NCBI GenBank assembly: GCA_963653505.1
Contig: CAVJWL010000002.1
Location: forward strand, 2,638-66,637
Direction of reading: 5' to 3'
DNA: 64,000 nucleotides
Origin: an uncultured Prevotellaceae bacterium
GTDB lineage: Bacteria; Bacillota_I; Bacilli_A; RFN20; CAG-288
A model generated the notes under the pieces. It saw nothing but the letters and a program-made list of their open reading frames with translations. It searched no databases and had not been told where the DNA came from. Of the stretch, positions 14,614-25,455 are shown in pieces; within the stretch, counting starts at the first letter, position 1; each line of letters begins with the position of its first letter. Position numbers and translations under genes: made by a program.

Positions 14614-15816
14614 ATGTCAGAAAAAGAAAATGAATTTGAAAAACAACTTCAAGAACAGAAAGAGAATTTAAAGAAAAAACAAGAAGAAGCAAAATTGGAG
14701 TGGAAAAAGAAAACGAGAAAGTCAAAGATCAAACTTGTCATCGCTTTAACACTTCTTGCTCTTTCAATAGTAGCATTCAATCTTTACGCCTTCTCAGTCA
14801 ATTTAGGTCTTAATCCTAACAAAGAATATTTCTTCAAAAAAGGACTTGATGCTAATGGCAATAGTTACACGATATTTGAAGCTAATAACGCATATAGTTG
14901 GTTATTCAAATCATATGGATTCCAACTTATTGTAACTATCATCATCATCTTAGCTGGAATTCTTATCAACTACATCATCAAATCAGCGATTCTTGCCTTC
15001 ACTGGTAAAACAAAGAAGAGCCAAACAATCGGTTCTTTAATTCGTTCCTTACTCAAATATATCTTAGTCATCATCGGCATTATCATCATCTTATCAATTT
15101 GGGGAGTTGATGTTGCAAGCATAATCGCTGGTCTTGGTGTTTTAACTCTCATCATCGGTCTTGGATGTCAATCTCTCATTCAAGATATCGTATCAGGATT
15201 ATTCATCGTTTTCGATGATTATTTCAATGTCGGAGATATTTGTATCATCGATGGCTTTCAAGGAAAGATAACTGAAATAGGTTTGAGAAGTGTAAAGATC
15301 AACGATGGTATCGGAAATGAAAAATCTATAACTAATTCTTCAATCAATACTTGTGTCAATCTATCAAGAGCTCCTTACTGTGTCGCTGTCACCTTTGATG
15401 TTTCTTATAACGAAGACCTTGAAAGAGTTGAAGGCTTGATCGCTAATGCTCTTCCAAAGATCAAAAAGACCCTTCCAAAAATCATCGATGGACCTAATTA
15501 TATCGGAATTGATGGTTATGCAGATTGCGGTATCACCTTGAAATTCTCATGTTTTTGTAAAGCTGAGGATAGATTCCAAGTGAAGAGAGATCTTCAAAGA
15601 GAAATCTATCAAATGATGAATGAAAACGACATTCAATACACCTACAACACCTATATCATCAACCCACCTATTGAAGAGAACTTACCAAAAGCAACTGACG
15701 AACAAAAGAGACTTTCAAAACTCATCAACGATCAAAATAGAGCACTTCCTAAAGAAGAAAAAGAAAAGTCAATCTTTGAAAGAGTCAGTGAATCTTTTAA
15801 AGATAATCTCAACTGA
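14614..15816 (+). CDS. Mechanosensitive ion channel, MscS family
   Basis: 400 aa. TM helices are followed by the MscS core (GLGCQSLIQDIVSGLFIVFDDYFNVGDICIIDGFQGKITEIGLRSVKI). Confidence 0.8.
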   Translation: MSEKENEFEKQLQEQKENLKKKQEEAKLEWKKKTRKSKIKLVIALTLLALSIVAFNLYAFSVNLGLNPNKEYFFKKGLDANGNSYTIFEANNAYSWLFKSYGFQLIVTIIIILAGILINYIIKSAILAFTGKTKKSQTIGSLIRSLLKYILVIIGIIIILSIWGVDVASIIAGLGVLTLIIGLGCQSLIQDIVSGLFIVFDDYFNVGDICIIDGFQGKITEIGLRSVKINDGIGNEKSITNSSINTCVNLSRAPYCVAVTFDVSYNEDLERVEGLIANALPKIKKTLPKIIDGPNYIGIDGYADCGITLKFSCFCKAEDRFQVKRDLQREIYQMMNENDIQYTYNTYIINPPIEENLPKATDEQKRLSKLINDQNRALPKEEKEKSIFERVSESFKDNLN

Positions 15817-15823
15817 ACTATAG

Positions 15824-15850
15824 ACCGGTTTTAAAATAAAACCGGTTTTT
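15824..15850 (+). terminator. Rho-independent terminator
   Basis: ACCGGTTTTaaaatAAAACCGGT perfect 9-bp stem followed by TTTTT. Confidence 0.6.
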
Positions 15851-15939
15851 CGATGTTCTTATATCATTTCAAAATTTCAAGTCTTAACTTTTATTAAAAA
15901 AAACATTATAGTATATAGGTTTAAAATTCGGAGGAAACT

Positions 15940-16383
15940 ATGAACAAAGATAGAAAGATGACCGTGATTATCGGCGCTAGCCGTTTCGGTGCCGCAATCG
16001 CCTCTCTCAATTCCGAACAAGGGATTTACACTTCAATCATTGATACAAACGAAAAATCATTCAGAAAACTCGAAGCCAATTATTCTGGTTTTAAAGTTAT
16101 CGGTGATGCCATGAATACTCAGGTTCTTGAAAAAGCTAAAATATATGATGCTACGGAAATCGATATTTGCACATCCGATGATAATATCAATATTTATCTA
16201 GCATTCTGGGCTTGCAAGTACACCCAAGCTAGCAATATCATCGTGAGACTTCACGACGATATCAAAGCCTGTTTATTCCAAGATAAGAAAATAACAGTTA
16301 TCACTCCTTCTCGCCTTAGTTTTGGTATGTACACAAATATCAGAAAGAAACAAGACGAAGATAAGAAATCAAATAAGAATTAA
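15940..16383 (+). CDS. Trk/Ktr K+ uptake regulatory protein, RCK_N (TrkA-N) domain
   Basis: 147 aa with the Rossmann motif VIIGASRFG. It is the first gene of a three-gene K+ uptake cluster. Confidence 0.65.
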   Translation: MNKDRKMTVIIGASRFGAAIASLNSEQGIYTSIIDTNEKSFRKLEANYSGFKVIGDAMNTQVLEKAKIYDATEIDICTSDDNINIYLAFWACKYTQASNIIVRLHDDIKACLFQDKKITVITPSRLSFGMYTNIRKKQDEDKKSNKN

Positions 16384-16395
16384 GGAGATAGTGAT

Positions 16396-17079
16396 ATGAA
16401 AGTTTTAATTTGTGGTGGAAACCAAGAAGCAGATTTCGTCATCCGTTCTTTCTCACATAATAAAAGAAATAAGATAGTCGTCATGAACGATGATGAAGAT
16501 ATCGCTAAAAACTTATCAAATAGATACGGTATTGAAGTCTTAGATACTGACCCAACCAAGATATATTCCTTTGAAATCGCTGATATTTACGATTTTGATT
16601 TAGTCATCGCCCTCATGGAAAAAGATGCTGATAACTTCGTTTGCTGTCACATTGCTAAAGATAAATTCAACATCAAAAAAGCGATTTGCACAGTCACGGA
16701 CCCTAATAACGTTGAAATTTTTGAAGAATTAGGAATCGATACAGCAATTTCTTCTTCCTATCTTTTAACTCAAAGAATCGAAGGTGAAACTGATATTGAA
16801 AATATCACCAAAACTTTCTCTTTGCAAAACGATAAAATCGTCATCACCGAAATCACCGTTCTTCCTTCTTTTGAATGTTGCAACAAATCCCTTATGGATT
16901 TACAACTTCCAAGATGTGGAAATATCACTTGTATCTTCAGAGATCCTAAAGTCATCATTCCTCGTGGTGATACTATCATCAAAGCTGGCGATAATCTTGT
17001 CATCGCTTCTTCTTTAGATGATCAAAAGAAATTGATCAAATTCGTAAAGAAAGAAAGAGAAGATATCAATAATGACTAA
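16396..17079 (+). CDS. Trk/Ktr K+ uptake regulatory protein (RCK_N + TrkA_C)
   Basis: 227 aa. Begins VLICGGNQEADFVI (Rossmann), followed by a C-terminal TrkA_C-like segment. Confidence 0.65.
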   Translation: MKVLICGGNQEADFVIRSFSHNKRNKIVVMNDDEDIAKNLSNRYGIEVLDTDPTKIYSFEIADIYDFDLVIALMEKDADNFVCCHIAKDKFNIKKAICTVTDPNNVEIFEELGIDTAISSSYLLTQRIEGETDIENITKTFSLQNDKIVITEITVLPSFECCNKSLMDLQLPRCGNITCIFRDPKVIIPRGDTIIKAGDNLVIASSLDDQKKLIKFVKKEREDINND

Positions 17080-19297
17080 TGAGAACAATAATTTAAAGTC
17101 AAAAGGAACTAGTCAAACAAGGAAAAAGAAAACAACAACCAAAGTTGAAGAAGTAAAAACTGAAACTAATTCAACAGTCACTGATGAGCAAACTTCCAAA
17201 ACTACAAATGCACCAAAAACTAGAACCAGAAGAAAAACCTCAAAGAAAAAAATCGGGTTTATCTCCGGTTATGACATGAATCAAGAGAGCAATATCTCAG
17301 TTAAAACTATCGCTGAACTCACAGAATATGAACTCAACATCAGAAGATTGACTAAAAAGAAAGTCGATGATTCAGTCACAGGTATCAAATTAGTTTTGGG
17401 ATACTTAGGAACATTTTTAATATTAATCGGTGCCCTATCATTGATTTCTTTATTAGTGCTTCTTGATCCAACCCTTGGACAGCACTATTACAGCACTGAA
17501 GATGCTGTTGAAGCGCTCAGCGGTTCAACATTGACATATATTGAAACCTCGTATCAAGTCCAAGCTAGTTACTGGTGGACAATACTTGCTCCTGGTGCCG
17601 GTGCTATTTTCATAGGCTTGCTTCTTTATTTCATCTTCTTATTCAAAAAGAAACCTGGAAAATTGCAAGGAATGGAAGACATCGCCTTGATATTCTCAGT
17701 TTGGATATTAGCAATTTTGATTTTCGCAATGCCGTTTTTAATCTCACCTAGCAATAAAGAAATCGGATATGAAAAATACAATTTCCATCAAGCTATATTT
17801 GAAATAACATCAGGCCTTACAACCACTGGCTTATCAGTTATGAATACTAATCTCTTGCCTCGAATTTTAGTATTCCACAGATCACTTGCAAACTTTGTTG
17901 GTGGTGTCGGATTGGTTCTTATCTTAACAACAACTGTCTCTTCACATTCTGGACTGACGATGTATAATCTTGAAGGCCATAATGACCAGTTATTACCTAA
18001 CATTAAAAAATCAGCAAGAATGATCTTCATCATCTATTCAGCTATCACTCTTGTCTCTGCTATCGCCTTATTTTTAGCTGGATGTTCACCGATGGATTCA
18101 ATCTGTTTTTCAATGGCAGCTGTTTCAACTGGCGGTCTTGCAAGTCACAGCGAATCTGTCTATTTCTTTGAAAGTCAGATTTTCACAGGTTCTTCCCTTG
18201 CTGTTGAAATCATTCTCTTTGTTGAAATGTTATTAGGAAGTACAAATTTTGTCATTCATTACTTCTTCTGGAACTTAAAATTTAAACAAGGATTCTCTCA
18301 TTTTGAATTCTTAGTCTTCATCTTCACAATCTTTGTCATCTATCCATTCATGGCTGTTGGTATGTTCCAATCCATCAATGAATATTCATCTATCATCTAT
18401 AACGGTGTAACCAACGTCAAAGATTTCAGCGGAATATCCTTATACAGTCCTATGAGAACTCTTTGGAGAGCTTTATTCGAAGCTGAATCAGCGATGTCAA
18501 CAACGGGATTTTGTTCTCTTGATCCTAATGTCTTCAAACACGCATATGGAGATATCGCTTCCGCTTCTTTCTTTGCTTTCATCATTCTTATGGCAGTCGG
18601 TGGTATGAACGGATCAACTTCTGGTGGTATCAAACAAAATAGATTCGGTCTCTTCATCTTGAATATCAAGTGGTCGCTTGATAAACAGATCAATCGTCAA
18701 GAATCTGTCAAAGTTCATCATATCTACCGATTAGGTGAAAAAGTAGAAGCTAGCGATGAAGATGTCAAAGATGCTTCCAACTACATCGGTTTATATTTAT
18801 TTGTAACTTTCTTATTGACCTTTGTTCAAACTTGTTATCGTGCAAATATCCCAGAGACTGATATTCTCGGGCGTTCATTTAATCCTTTCTCAGTTGAAAA
18901 TTCACTATTTGAAACTATCTCGTATCTATCTGGTATCGGTGATTCCTGCGGTCTAATCCCATACGCAAATAGCCACGGCTATTGGGGTGTATTGTGGATT
19001 GGTGATATCGGTATGTTCATCGGACGTTTGGAAGTCACTATTTTCTTATTGACTTTAAAACGCGGTATCAAACTTGTCAGCAATCGAAGAAATAATTATT
19101 CAGCTCATATGATAAGAGAGAAGAAATATTTCACTGCCTTAGATAGAAAGGCCTATAAAGATGAACTAGCTAAGAAAAAAGCTCAAGAGAAACTTGAGAG
19201 AATTGCCGATAGAGAAGATGCTAGCAAAGATGCAAGTGCAGCATTAAATGCTATCGCAGACCAAACAAAAGAAAATAACAAAAGAGACTCTTTTTAA
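17072..19297 (+). CDS. TrkH/KtrB-family K+ transporter with Lys/Thr-rich N-terminal extension
   Basis: 741 aa. Multiple TM helices with selectivity-filter-like TTGLS / TTGF / GGxxGS segments. It has a ~130-aa basic low-complexity N-terminus and a C-terminal coiled-coil/charged tail. Confidence 0.75.
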   Translation: MTNENNNLKSKGTSQTRKKKTTTKVEEVKTETNSTVTDEQTSKTTNAPKTRTRRKTSKKKIGFISGYDMNQESNISVKTIAELTEYELNIRRLTKKKVDDSVTGIKLVLGYLGTFLILIGALSLISLLVLLDPTLGQHYYSTEDAVEALSGSTLTYIETSYQVQASYWWTILAPGAGAIFIGLLLYFIFLFKKKPGKLQGMEDIALIFSVWILAILIFAMPFLISPSNKEIGYEKYNFHQAIFEITSGLTTTGLSVMNTNLLPRILVFHRSLANFVGGVGLVLILTTTVSSHSGLTMYNLEGHNDQLLPNIKKSARMIFIIYSAITLVSAIALFLAGCSPMDSICFSMAAVSTGGLASHSESVYFFESQIFTGSSLAVEIILFVEMLLGSTNFVIHYFFWNLKFKQGFSHFEFLVFIFTIFVIYPFMAVGMFQSINEYSSIIYNGVTNVKDFSGISLYSPMRTLWRALFEAESAMSTTGFCSLDPNVFKHAYGDIASASFFAFIILMAVGGMNGSTSGGIKQNRFGLFILNIKWSLDKQINRQESVKVHHIYRLGEKVEASDEDVKDASNYIGLYLFVTFLLTFVQTCYRANIPETDILGRSFNPFSVENSLFETISYLSGIGDSCGLIPYANSHGYWGVLWIGDIGMFIGRLEVTIFLLTLKRGIKLVSNRRNNYSAHMIREKKYFTALDRKAYKDELAKKKAQEKLERIADREDASKDASAALNAIADQTKENNKRDSF

Positions 19298-19330
19298 AAT
19301 AAGACACCCAAATGGGTGTTTTATTTTAGA
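19298..19330 (+). terminator. Rho-independent terminator after trkH-like gene
   Basis: GACACCCAaatGGGTGTT hairpin followed by TTATTTT. Confidence 0.55.
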
Positions 19331-19404
19331 AATTTTAAGCTTCTTTTCTCTTGTTTTAATCGTTAATTTTTGCTATTCTTTCCATATAGAAAGGGGGAGA
19401 CACA

Positions 19405-21006
19405 ATGAAAAAATTACTCCTTGGTATCCTAATTCCTGTTGTCCTCATCGGTGGTGTTATTGGTGGTGCTTATTATATGATCTACGATAATAGCAAACCT
19501 ACATATGAATCTAGTAATATAGCCACAAATGACCTTTTAACTAAAAGATTGATGCATTCTTTTGATGATACAAAAAATAGTGGTAATGTCACCTTTTCTC
19601 TTGATCAAGATGCTTTCAATCAAATCATATATAATGCCTATTCAACAGCTGATGAGAATGTCAAAAAATATTTAAAAGGCATTGAAATAACTATCGAAAA
19701 TAAAAATTATCACATAAAAGTTTTTTCAAGCGCATGGATTGTGAATACTGTTGTTGATCTCACTTGTTCTTTTTCTTCTGATGAAACCAATTATTATTTG
19801 AATATCACTGAAAGTAAAATTGGAAAAGTTACTTTTTTACACAATTTAGCTTTTTCGGTTTTAGATAAAGCGCTCAATCAAGATGATTTGAACGCTCAAT
19901 TTGAAAAAAGTGGTGTCAGAATTAAAGCTGATTTTAAAAACAATCGTTTCTATTACGCTAAAAGCGATGCTATCGAAGATTTGAAGAATTTGATCAATAA
20001 ATCTGCAAATTCTGATTCCTTAGTCTCTTCTGTAACTTCTTCATTCATGGCTAATGATGTCCTATCATTTGATTCTAAAGAGTCTTTAAAAGCGATCATC
20101 TCTCTTGAACAATTTAAAACTAATTCATCATTTGTTGATAATTCTAACTTATTGGACTCTTCTGTTTTAAATTTAGAAACACATAAGGATTCTGTTATAT
20201 CATTATTGAATAATAATATCATCGACAATGATAATTCTCACCCATTATATATCTTCAATTTCTTAAATAAAGGATACGAAAAAATCACCGATGCTGAAAA
20301 AGAATATATCAAAGCAACTGACTTATCATCTCTTGGTTTCAAAGATGAAATAAGCAAGACAACTTATCAAGGATATAACATTCAAGACCCGAATATCAGA
20401 GATTATTTTTCACCCCTATCAACCAATATCAAGAACAATAATTTATTGACAAACGATGGTATTTTCATCAGTGAAAAAACTTTGAACGAATATGTCCAAA
20501 GTCAAAACATATTAGGTTATTCTTACCTTTATACCTATAAAGACACTGATACAAATAAATATATAGCCAATTATATAACCTTAGATAATGTTTATTTAAA
20601 CACCTATACTAAAGAAGAACAAGAACATATGGATATGGTACTTGGAATTTCAGTAGCTGGTTATGATACTACTTTGATATTAGAGAATATAAAATCAGAA
20701 CAATTGAATTTCGGTTTGAAATTGAAAAACGAAAATATCTATTTCGGAAACAAATTATGCGATGATAATCTCAAAAACTTCATCTATGAAATGGTTGAAA
20801 AGAACTTGCCAAAAGCTGAATTTTTAACCTTTGATGGAGAAGGAACTTTCACTATCGATTTTGAAGGTTATTTATCAGATTATAACAAAATACTTTCTAA
20901 ACTAAATCAACAAATAGCAATAGATACAACAATTGAAGGTACTAGTGTTTTAGATAGTCAAGCTGGCATCAGATTGAATGGAAAAATAAAATCTATAAAT
21001 TCATGA
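19405..21006 (+). CDS. membrane-anchored extracytoplasmic protein, unknown function
   Basis: 533 aa with an N-terminal signal/anchor (LLLGILIPVVLIGGVIGGAYYMIY). The remainder is Asn/Ser/Asp-rich and soluble. Confidence 0.45.
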   Translation: MKKLLLGILIPVVLIGGVIGGAYYMIYDNSKPTYESSNIATNDLLTKRLMHSFDDTKNSGNVTFSLDQDAFNQIIYNAYSTADENVKKYLKGIEITIENKNYHIKVFSSAWIVNTVVDLTCSFSSDETNYYLNITESKIGKVTFLHNLAFSVLDKALNQDDLNAQFEKSGVRIKADFKNNRFYYAKSDAIEDLKNLINKSANSDSLVSSVTSSFMANDVLSFDSKESLKAIISLEQFKTNSSFVDNSNLLDSSVLNLETHKDSVISLLNNNIIDNDNSHPLYIFNFLNKGYEKITDAEKEYIKATDLSSLGFKDEISKTTYQGYNIQDPNIRDYFSPLSTNIKNNNLLTNDGIFISEKTLNEYVQSQNILGYSYLYTYKDTDTNKYIANYITLDNVYLNTYTKEEQEHMDMVLGISVAGYDTTLILENIKSEQLNFGLKLKNENIYFGNKLCDDNLKNFIYEMVEKNLPKAEFLTFDGEGTFTIDFEGYLSDYNKILSKLNQQIAIDTTIEGTSVLDSQAGIRLNGKIKSINS

Positions 21007-21641
21007 AAAAGAATCAACCATTCATCCTCTTATATCAAGATGAAGATATCATCGTCGTTTATAAAAATAGAGATGTCTTGACTGTCAAAACCGATGATAA
21101 AAAAACATATAATAAAAATCTTTATTATTATTTGAAGAAAGATCTCCTCAAAAAAGATGAGAATCTCTATGTAGTCCATCGATTGGATTATGAAACTAGC
21201 GGAATTATAATCTTTGCAAAAAATATGGACACCTTTAAAAAGATTCAAACTTCCTTTTTAGAAAGAAAAGTAAAACGCAATTATGAAGCTATCATAAAAG
21301 AGAGAATTCCTCTAGGTGAAGAATACGAAATTCATCAGCTATTAGAATCCTCAAAAGATAAAATCTTCATATCCAATAATGGAAAAGAAGCGATTACAAA
21401 ATTCAAAAGTATCAATTACACCCAAATTGGAACTGCCTTAAATATCAAGATTGAAACCGGAAAAAGAAATCAAATAAGAATCGCGCTTTCAACCTGTGGA
21501 TATACACTTCTTGGCGATAAACGATATTCAAAGTCAATCGAAAAAAGAATGTATCTAAACGCCTATAAATTGGAATTTGAAAAAGATATAGGACTTAAAC
21601 ACAATGTCTTTGAAACAAATCCATTGTGGATTATAAAATAA
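21003..21641 (+). CDS. RluA-family pseudouridine synthase
   Basis: 212 aa with the catalytic Asp motif HRLDYETSGIIIFAKN. The 4-nt overlap with the upstream gene implies co-transcription. Confidence 0.8.
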   Translation: MKKNQPFILLYQDEDIIVVYKNRDVLTVKTDDKKTYNKNLYYYLKKDLLKKDENLYVVHRLDYETSGIIIFAKNMDTFKKIQTSFLERKVKRNYEAIIKERIPLGEEYEIHQLLESSKDKIFISNNGKEAITKFKSINYTQIGTALNIKIETGKRNQIRIALSTCGYTLLGDKRYSKSIEKRMYLNAYKLEFEKDIGLKHNVFETNPLWIIK

Positions 21642-21647
21642 AAATTG

Positions 21648-22265
21648 TTAGTTTTTATCCATTTCAAATCTTAGCATTAGATATAAAAGCAAGGTTCTAA
21701 CTTCTAAAGCAAAAAAATAGTTTTTATCTTCAAGCATTCTCTTTACTTGTCCCACCGAGTAAAGAGATGTTTTTATATCTTCAAATTCCTCGAGATTTTT
21801 ATTTTCAAATCCGGTTATTCTAGCAAGAACAATACCGTTAGTTTCATCTGAAAATCCAGAAGCAGTCGTTCCGATATCTGCAAGAACTTCAATATCTGTA
21901 ATATCAACACCAGCTTCTTCTTTAGCTTCTCTTATTGCAACTTCTTTTATATCTTTATCCTCTTTATCAAATAATCCAGCAACAACAGAAGTGACTTTAA
22001 ATCCGATAGCTGGACGGAATTGACTTGTAAGTAGAAAATAAACCTCACCAGTTTTGTCATCGATATAATAAAGAGGAATCATGACTCCATCAGGTCTTGT
22101 CGCTTTCTTTAAGACTGGTAATAATTCTTCTTTACTCTTTCTGCTTGTCATATAGTATTCATAGCGGTTATGAACACCATCTTTAATGACATCATAAACA
22201 AGCACGTAATAATTTAAAAAATTATGATTTGTCTCTTGAATGACATCGATTAAATTCCATTCCAT
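21648..22265 (-). CDS. NUDIX hydrolase
   Basis: 205 aa with a Nudix box (GLFDKEDKDIKEVAIREAKEEAGV). Confidence 0.7.
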   Translation of the reverse strand: MEWNLIDVIQETNHNFLNYYVLVYDVIKDGVHNRYEYYMTSRKSKEELLPVLKKATRPDGVMIPLYYIDDKTGEVYFLLTSQFRPAIGFKVTSVVAGLFDKEDKDIKEVAIREAKEEAGVDITDIEVLADIGTTASGFSDETNGIVLARITGFENKNLEEFEDIKTSLYSVGQVKRMLEDKNYFFALEVRTLLLYLMLRFEMDKN

Positions 22266-22354
22266 ACAGTTCTCCTTTAAATAAAATTAAATAAGTATCT
22301 TTATAAATCAACCGCTTCTATTTTATAATAATACAAGAAAAAAGAGGTCAAATT

Positions 22355-24652
22355 ATGATTGAAATAAAAGAAAAAGAAATAATTATAAGCACTGATAATA
22401 CCAGTTTAATTTTATCAACTCGAAACAATTTGAAATTGACAAGCGAATATTATGGAACAAGAATCAAATTCAAAGAAGAAATTGAAAGCTTGATTAGAAA
22501 ATATAGCGTCTGTCAAGGTACTACAGCCATTCTTGATGAGAAAGATAATTTTTCAAACAATGATTTAAAAACAGTTGTTTCAACTGTTGGTAATGGTGAT
22601 TATTTTTCTCCTTCTTTAATCATCTCTGAATTTGGTACTATCGATTTATTTTTTAAAGAAGCAAAAATAATAGATCCGACTTCTTTAGATATCTATCCAA
22701 CTCCTCATAATCCATCCTCAGAAGTGATGATTTTATTAGAAGATAAATATTTGAATTTGAGTTTAGAACTTCATTATACAACCTACGATAAAGAAGATGT
22801 CATCTCTTGTTATTCAATTCTACACAATAATTTTGGTAATGATATTCACATTCAAAAATTCATGTCCTATCAATTATCAATGGTGAATAACAATTCAAAA
22901 CTTATCTCAACTTATGGTTGCTGGGCAAATGAACTCAATCAAGCTGTTGAAGAAATAAAACCAGGAAGAAAAGTTATTGAATCACTTCTTGGAAGTTCAG
23001 GTGCTAGACACAATCCATTTTTCTATATCACTGAAAATCACTGCACCAACACCTATGGTAATTGCTACGGATTTAATTTGCTATATTCTGGTAATTTTGA
23101 AAGCTCAGTTGAAACGGATTGTTTTGATTTGATGAGAATCCAAGGGGGTATTTCATCAACTGGTTTAAATCTTGTAGTTAAAAATGACGAATCATTCATC
23201 ACCCCTATCGGTATCTTTTCCTATTCAAATAAAGGAAGCAACGGCTTAGCTTCTAATATGCAAAATTTTGTCAACAATAAGATAATTCCAGAATATTTCA
23301 AAGATAAAGAACGCCCGATTTTTTATAACAATTGGGAAGCTACTGGTATGAAATTTACCAAATCTAAAATCATCTCTTTGATGAAAAAAGCCAAGAAATA
23401 CGGAATTGAAACATTTGTCTTAGATGATGGTTGGTTTTCTACTCGAGATGATGATTCTCATGGTTTAGGAGATTGGAAAGTCAACGAAAAGAAATTGCCT
23501 GGCGGTTTAAAAGCACTGAGTGATGAAGCTAAGAAATTAGGACTTAACTTCGGTATCTGGATGGAACCAGAAATGGTCAATGAAGATACCGAAACCTACA
23601 AGTCGCATCCTGATTGGATAATCAAAGATATTCACCCTTCTTATAAAGGAAGACATCAACACACCTTGAATTTAGCAAAGAAAGAAGTTCAAGATTTCAT
23701 CATCGAGAGTGTTTCTGATGTCTTAAATAGCGCTGATATTTCATATTTAAAATGGGATTATAATCGCAATTTTTCAAATATAGATAGCGGCAATTTACCT
23801 TACGAATACATAATCGGATTGTATAGAGTTTTAAAAGAGATAACTAAAAGATTCCCTCACGTTCTATTTGAAAATTGTGCTAGTGGAGGAAATAGATTCG
23901 ATTTAGGTATGCTATCGTATTTTGCTCAATCATGGATGAGTGATGATACTGATTCATTCAAAAGAGAGTCAATTCAAAAAGGAGCCATCATCGGATATCC
24001 AAACTCCGTAATGTCAAATCATGTATCCTGTAAAACGAGCAATCAATTGATGAGAAAAACTAGCTTAGATACAAAGTTTGAAGTAGCAATGCACGGAGTT
24101 TTAGGATACGAATTAGATTTGAATGACTTATTCAAAATTGATGAAAAAATAATTCAAGATCAAATCTCATTCTATAAAGAACACAGAAAAACTCTTCAAT
24201 GGGGAAATTGTTATATCATCCAAGAAGAAGCAAAACATCAAGATTATGAAATAGAAACGATAAAAGAAGACACTTGTATTGTCTCAATCTATCGAAGCAT
24301 TGATGAACTAGACTTCAAAGAAGAAAGATTAAAAGCATTGTATCTAGATAGTGATAGTCTTTATTTTTATCAATCAAGAACTCAAAGAATTCCGCTTCAA
24401 AGTTTTGGAACTCTAGTAAATTATCAATCACCAATTCATTTAAAAGAGGATAGTATGCTTTTCTCTCTTGTAGCACAAATTCAAGAGATGAAAACCGAAG
24501 ATAATCACGGATATATTTCTGGAAAATCATTAGAATTCAACGGACCAGTTCTTTCTCAAGAATGGTCTGGATGCGGATATAACGAAAATGTCAGATTGAT
24601 GTTAGATTTCTCATCGAGATCTTATGTCATCAAAAAAGTTCAGAAAGAATAA
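22355..24652 (+). CDS. alpha-galactosidase, glycoside hydrolase family 36
   Basis: 765 aa with the GH36 catalytic region (FVLDDGWF, KWDYNRN, CASGGNRFD). Confidence 0.8.
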   Translation: MIEIKEKEIIISTDNTSLILSTRNNLKLTSEYYGTRIKFKEEIESLIRKYSVCQGTTAILDEKDNFSNNDLKTVVSTVGNGDYFSPSLIISEFGTIDLFFKEAKIIDPTSLDIYPTPHNPSSEVMILLEDKYLNLSLELHYTTYDKEDVISCYSILHNNFGNDIHIQKFMSYQLSMVNNNSKLISTYGCWANELNQAVEEIKPGRKVIESLLGSSGARHNPFFYITENHCTNTYGNCYGFNLLYSGNFESSVETDCFDLMRIQGGISSTGLNLVVKNDESFITPIGIFSYSNKGSNGLASNMQNFVNNKIIPEYFKDKERPIFYNNWEATGMKFTKSKIISLMKKAKKYGIETFVLDDGWFSTRDDDSHGLGDWKVNEKKLPGGLKALSDEAKKLGLNFGIWMEPEMVNEDTETYKSHPDWIIKDIHPSYKGRHQHTLNLAKKEVQDFIIESVSDVLNSADISYLKWDYNRNFSNIDSGNLPYEYIIGLYRVLKEITKRFPHVLFENCASGGNRFDLGMLSYFAQSWMSDDTDSFKRESIQKGAIIGYPNSVMSNHVSCKTSNQLMRKTSLDTKFEVAMHGVLGYELDLNDLFKIDEKIIQDQISFYKEHRKTLQWGNCYIIQEEAKHQDYEIETIKEDTCIVSIYRSIDELDFKEERLKALYLDSDSLYFYQSRTQRIPLQSFGTLVNYQSPIHLKEDSMLFSLVAQIQEMKTEDNHGYISGKSLEFNGPVLSQEWSGCGYNENVRLMLDFSSRSYVIKKVQKE

Positions 24653-25455
24653 TCCTTTTTCCTCTCATTTTCAATGATATGAATAAGTGGGTAGCCACTA
24701 TTTGAAATTGTCTTTTCGACAATCACATGATAAACATCTAAAAGGTTTGCTTCAGTGATAATTTCAATAGGGCTACCTTTTTTAAATACTTTTCCTTCTT
24801 TTAATAGACAGATAGTATCTGAATATCTGCTTGCTAAATTGATAGAATGCAAGACTAAAAGACAAGCGACATTTTTCTTTTTAACATAATTTTGAATGAG
24901 AGAAAGAACTTCGATTTCATTGTAGACATCTAGATTTGCAGTCGGTTCATCAAGAATCAATACTTGAGGATTTTTCGATAGCACTTGGGCGATTGAAACA
25001 ATTCTTCTTTGACCACCAGATAATTCCGAATATCTCTTATTGGAAATATCCTCTAAATTGAATTGTCTGATGATATCAGCAGTATGTTTCAATTGTTCTT
25101 TTTTGACTTTGATTTTTAAATCATTCAAACAACCTAAAAGGATGACTTCAAAAACAGTTAAATAAGATAATTTTGAATTCTCTTGTGGTAAATAACCGAT
25201 GATCTTATTCTTTTCATCAAAAGAATATTCATCGATATCTTTTCCGTTTAAAATAATCGTTCCTTCTTTCTTCAAATTTGAAGTCAAAGATTTGATTAAT
25301 GTAGTCTTTCCAGCACCATTAGGACCTAATAGAGTGGTAATCTCACCATCTTTTAACACAAGGTCAATTCCATTTAAAGTATATTTATCATTCTTCGGAT
25401 ATTTATAACGAAGATCATTTATTTCTAATGACATATCAGTTTTTCTCCCTGACAA
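24640..25455 (-). CDS. ABC transporter ATP-binding protein (iron-siderophore/B12-type importer)
   Basis: 271 aa with GPNGAGKTT, LSGGQRR and ILDEPTANLD. Downstream of the FecCD permease. Confidence 0.85.
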   Translation of the reverse strand: MSGRKTDMSLEINDLRYKYPKNDKYTLNGIDLVLKDGEITTLLGPNGAGKTTLIKSLTSNLKKEGTIILNGKDIDEYSFDEKNKIIGYLPQENSKLSYLTVFEVILLGCLNDLKIKVKKEQLKHTADIIRQFNLEDISNKRYSELSGGQRRIVSIAQVLSKNPQVLILDEPTANLDVYNEIEVLSLIQNYVKKKNVACLLVLHSINLASRYSDTICLLKEGKVFKKGSPIEIITEANLLDVYHVIVEKTISNSGYPLIHIIENERKKDYSF

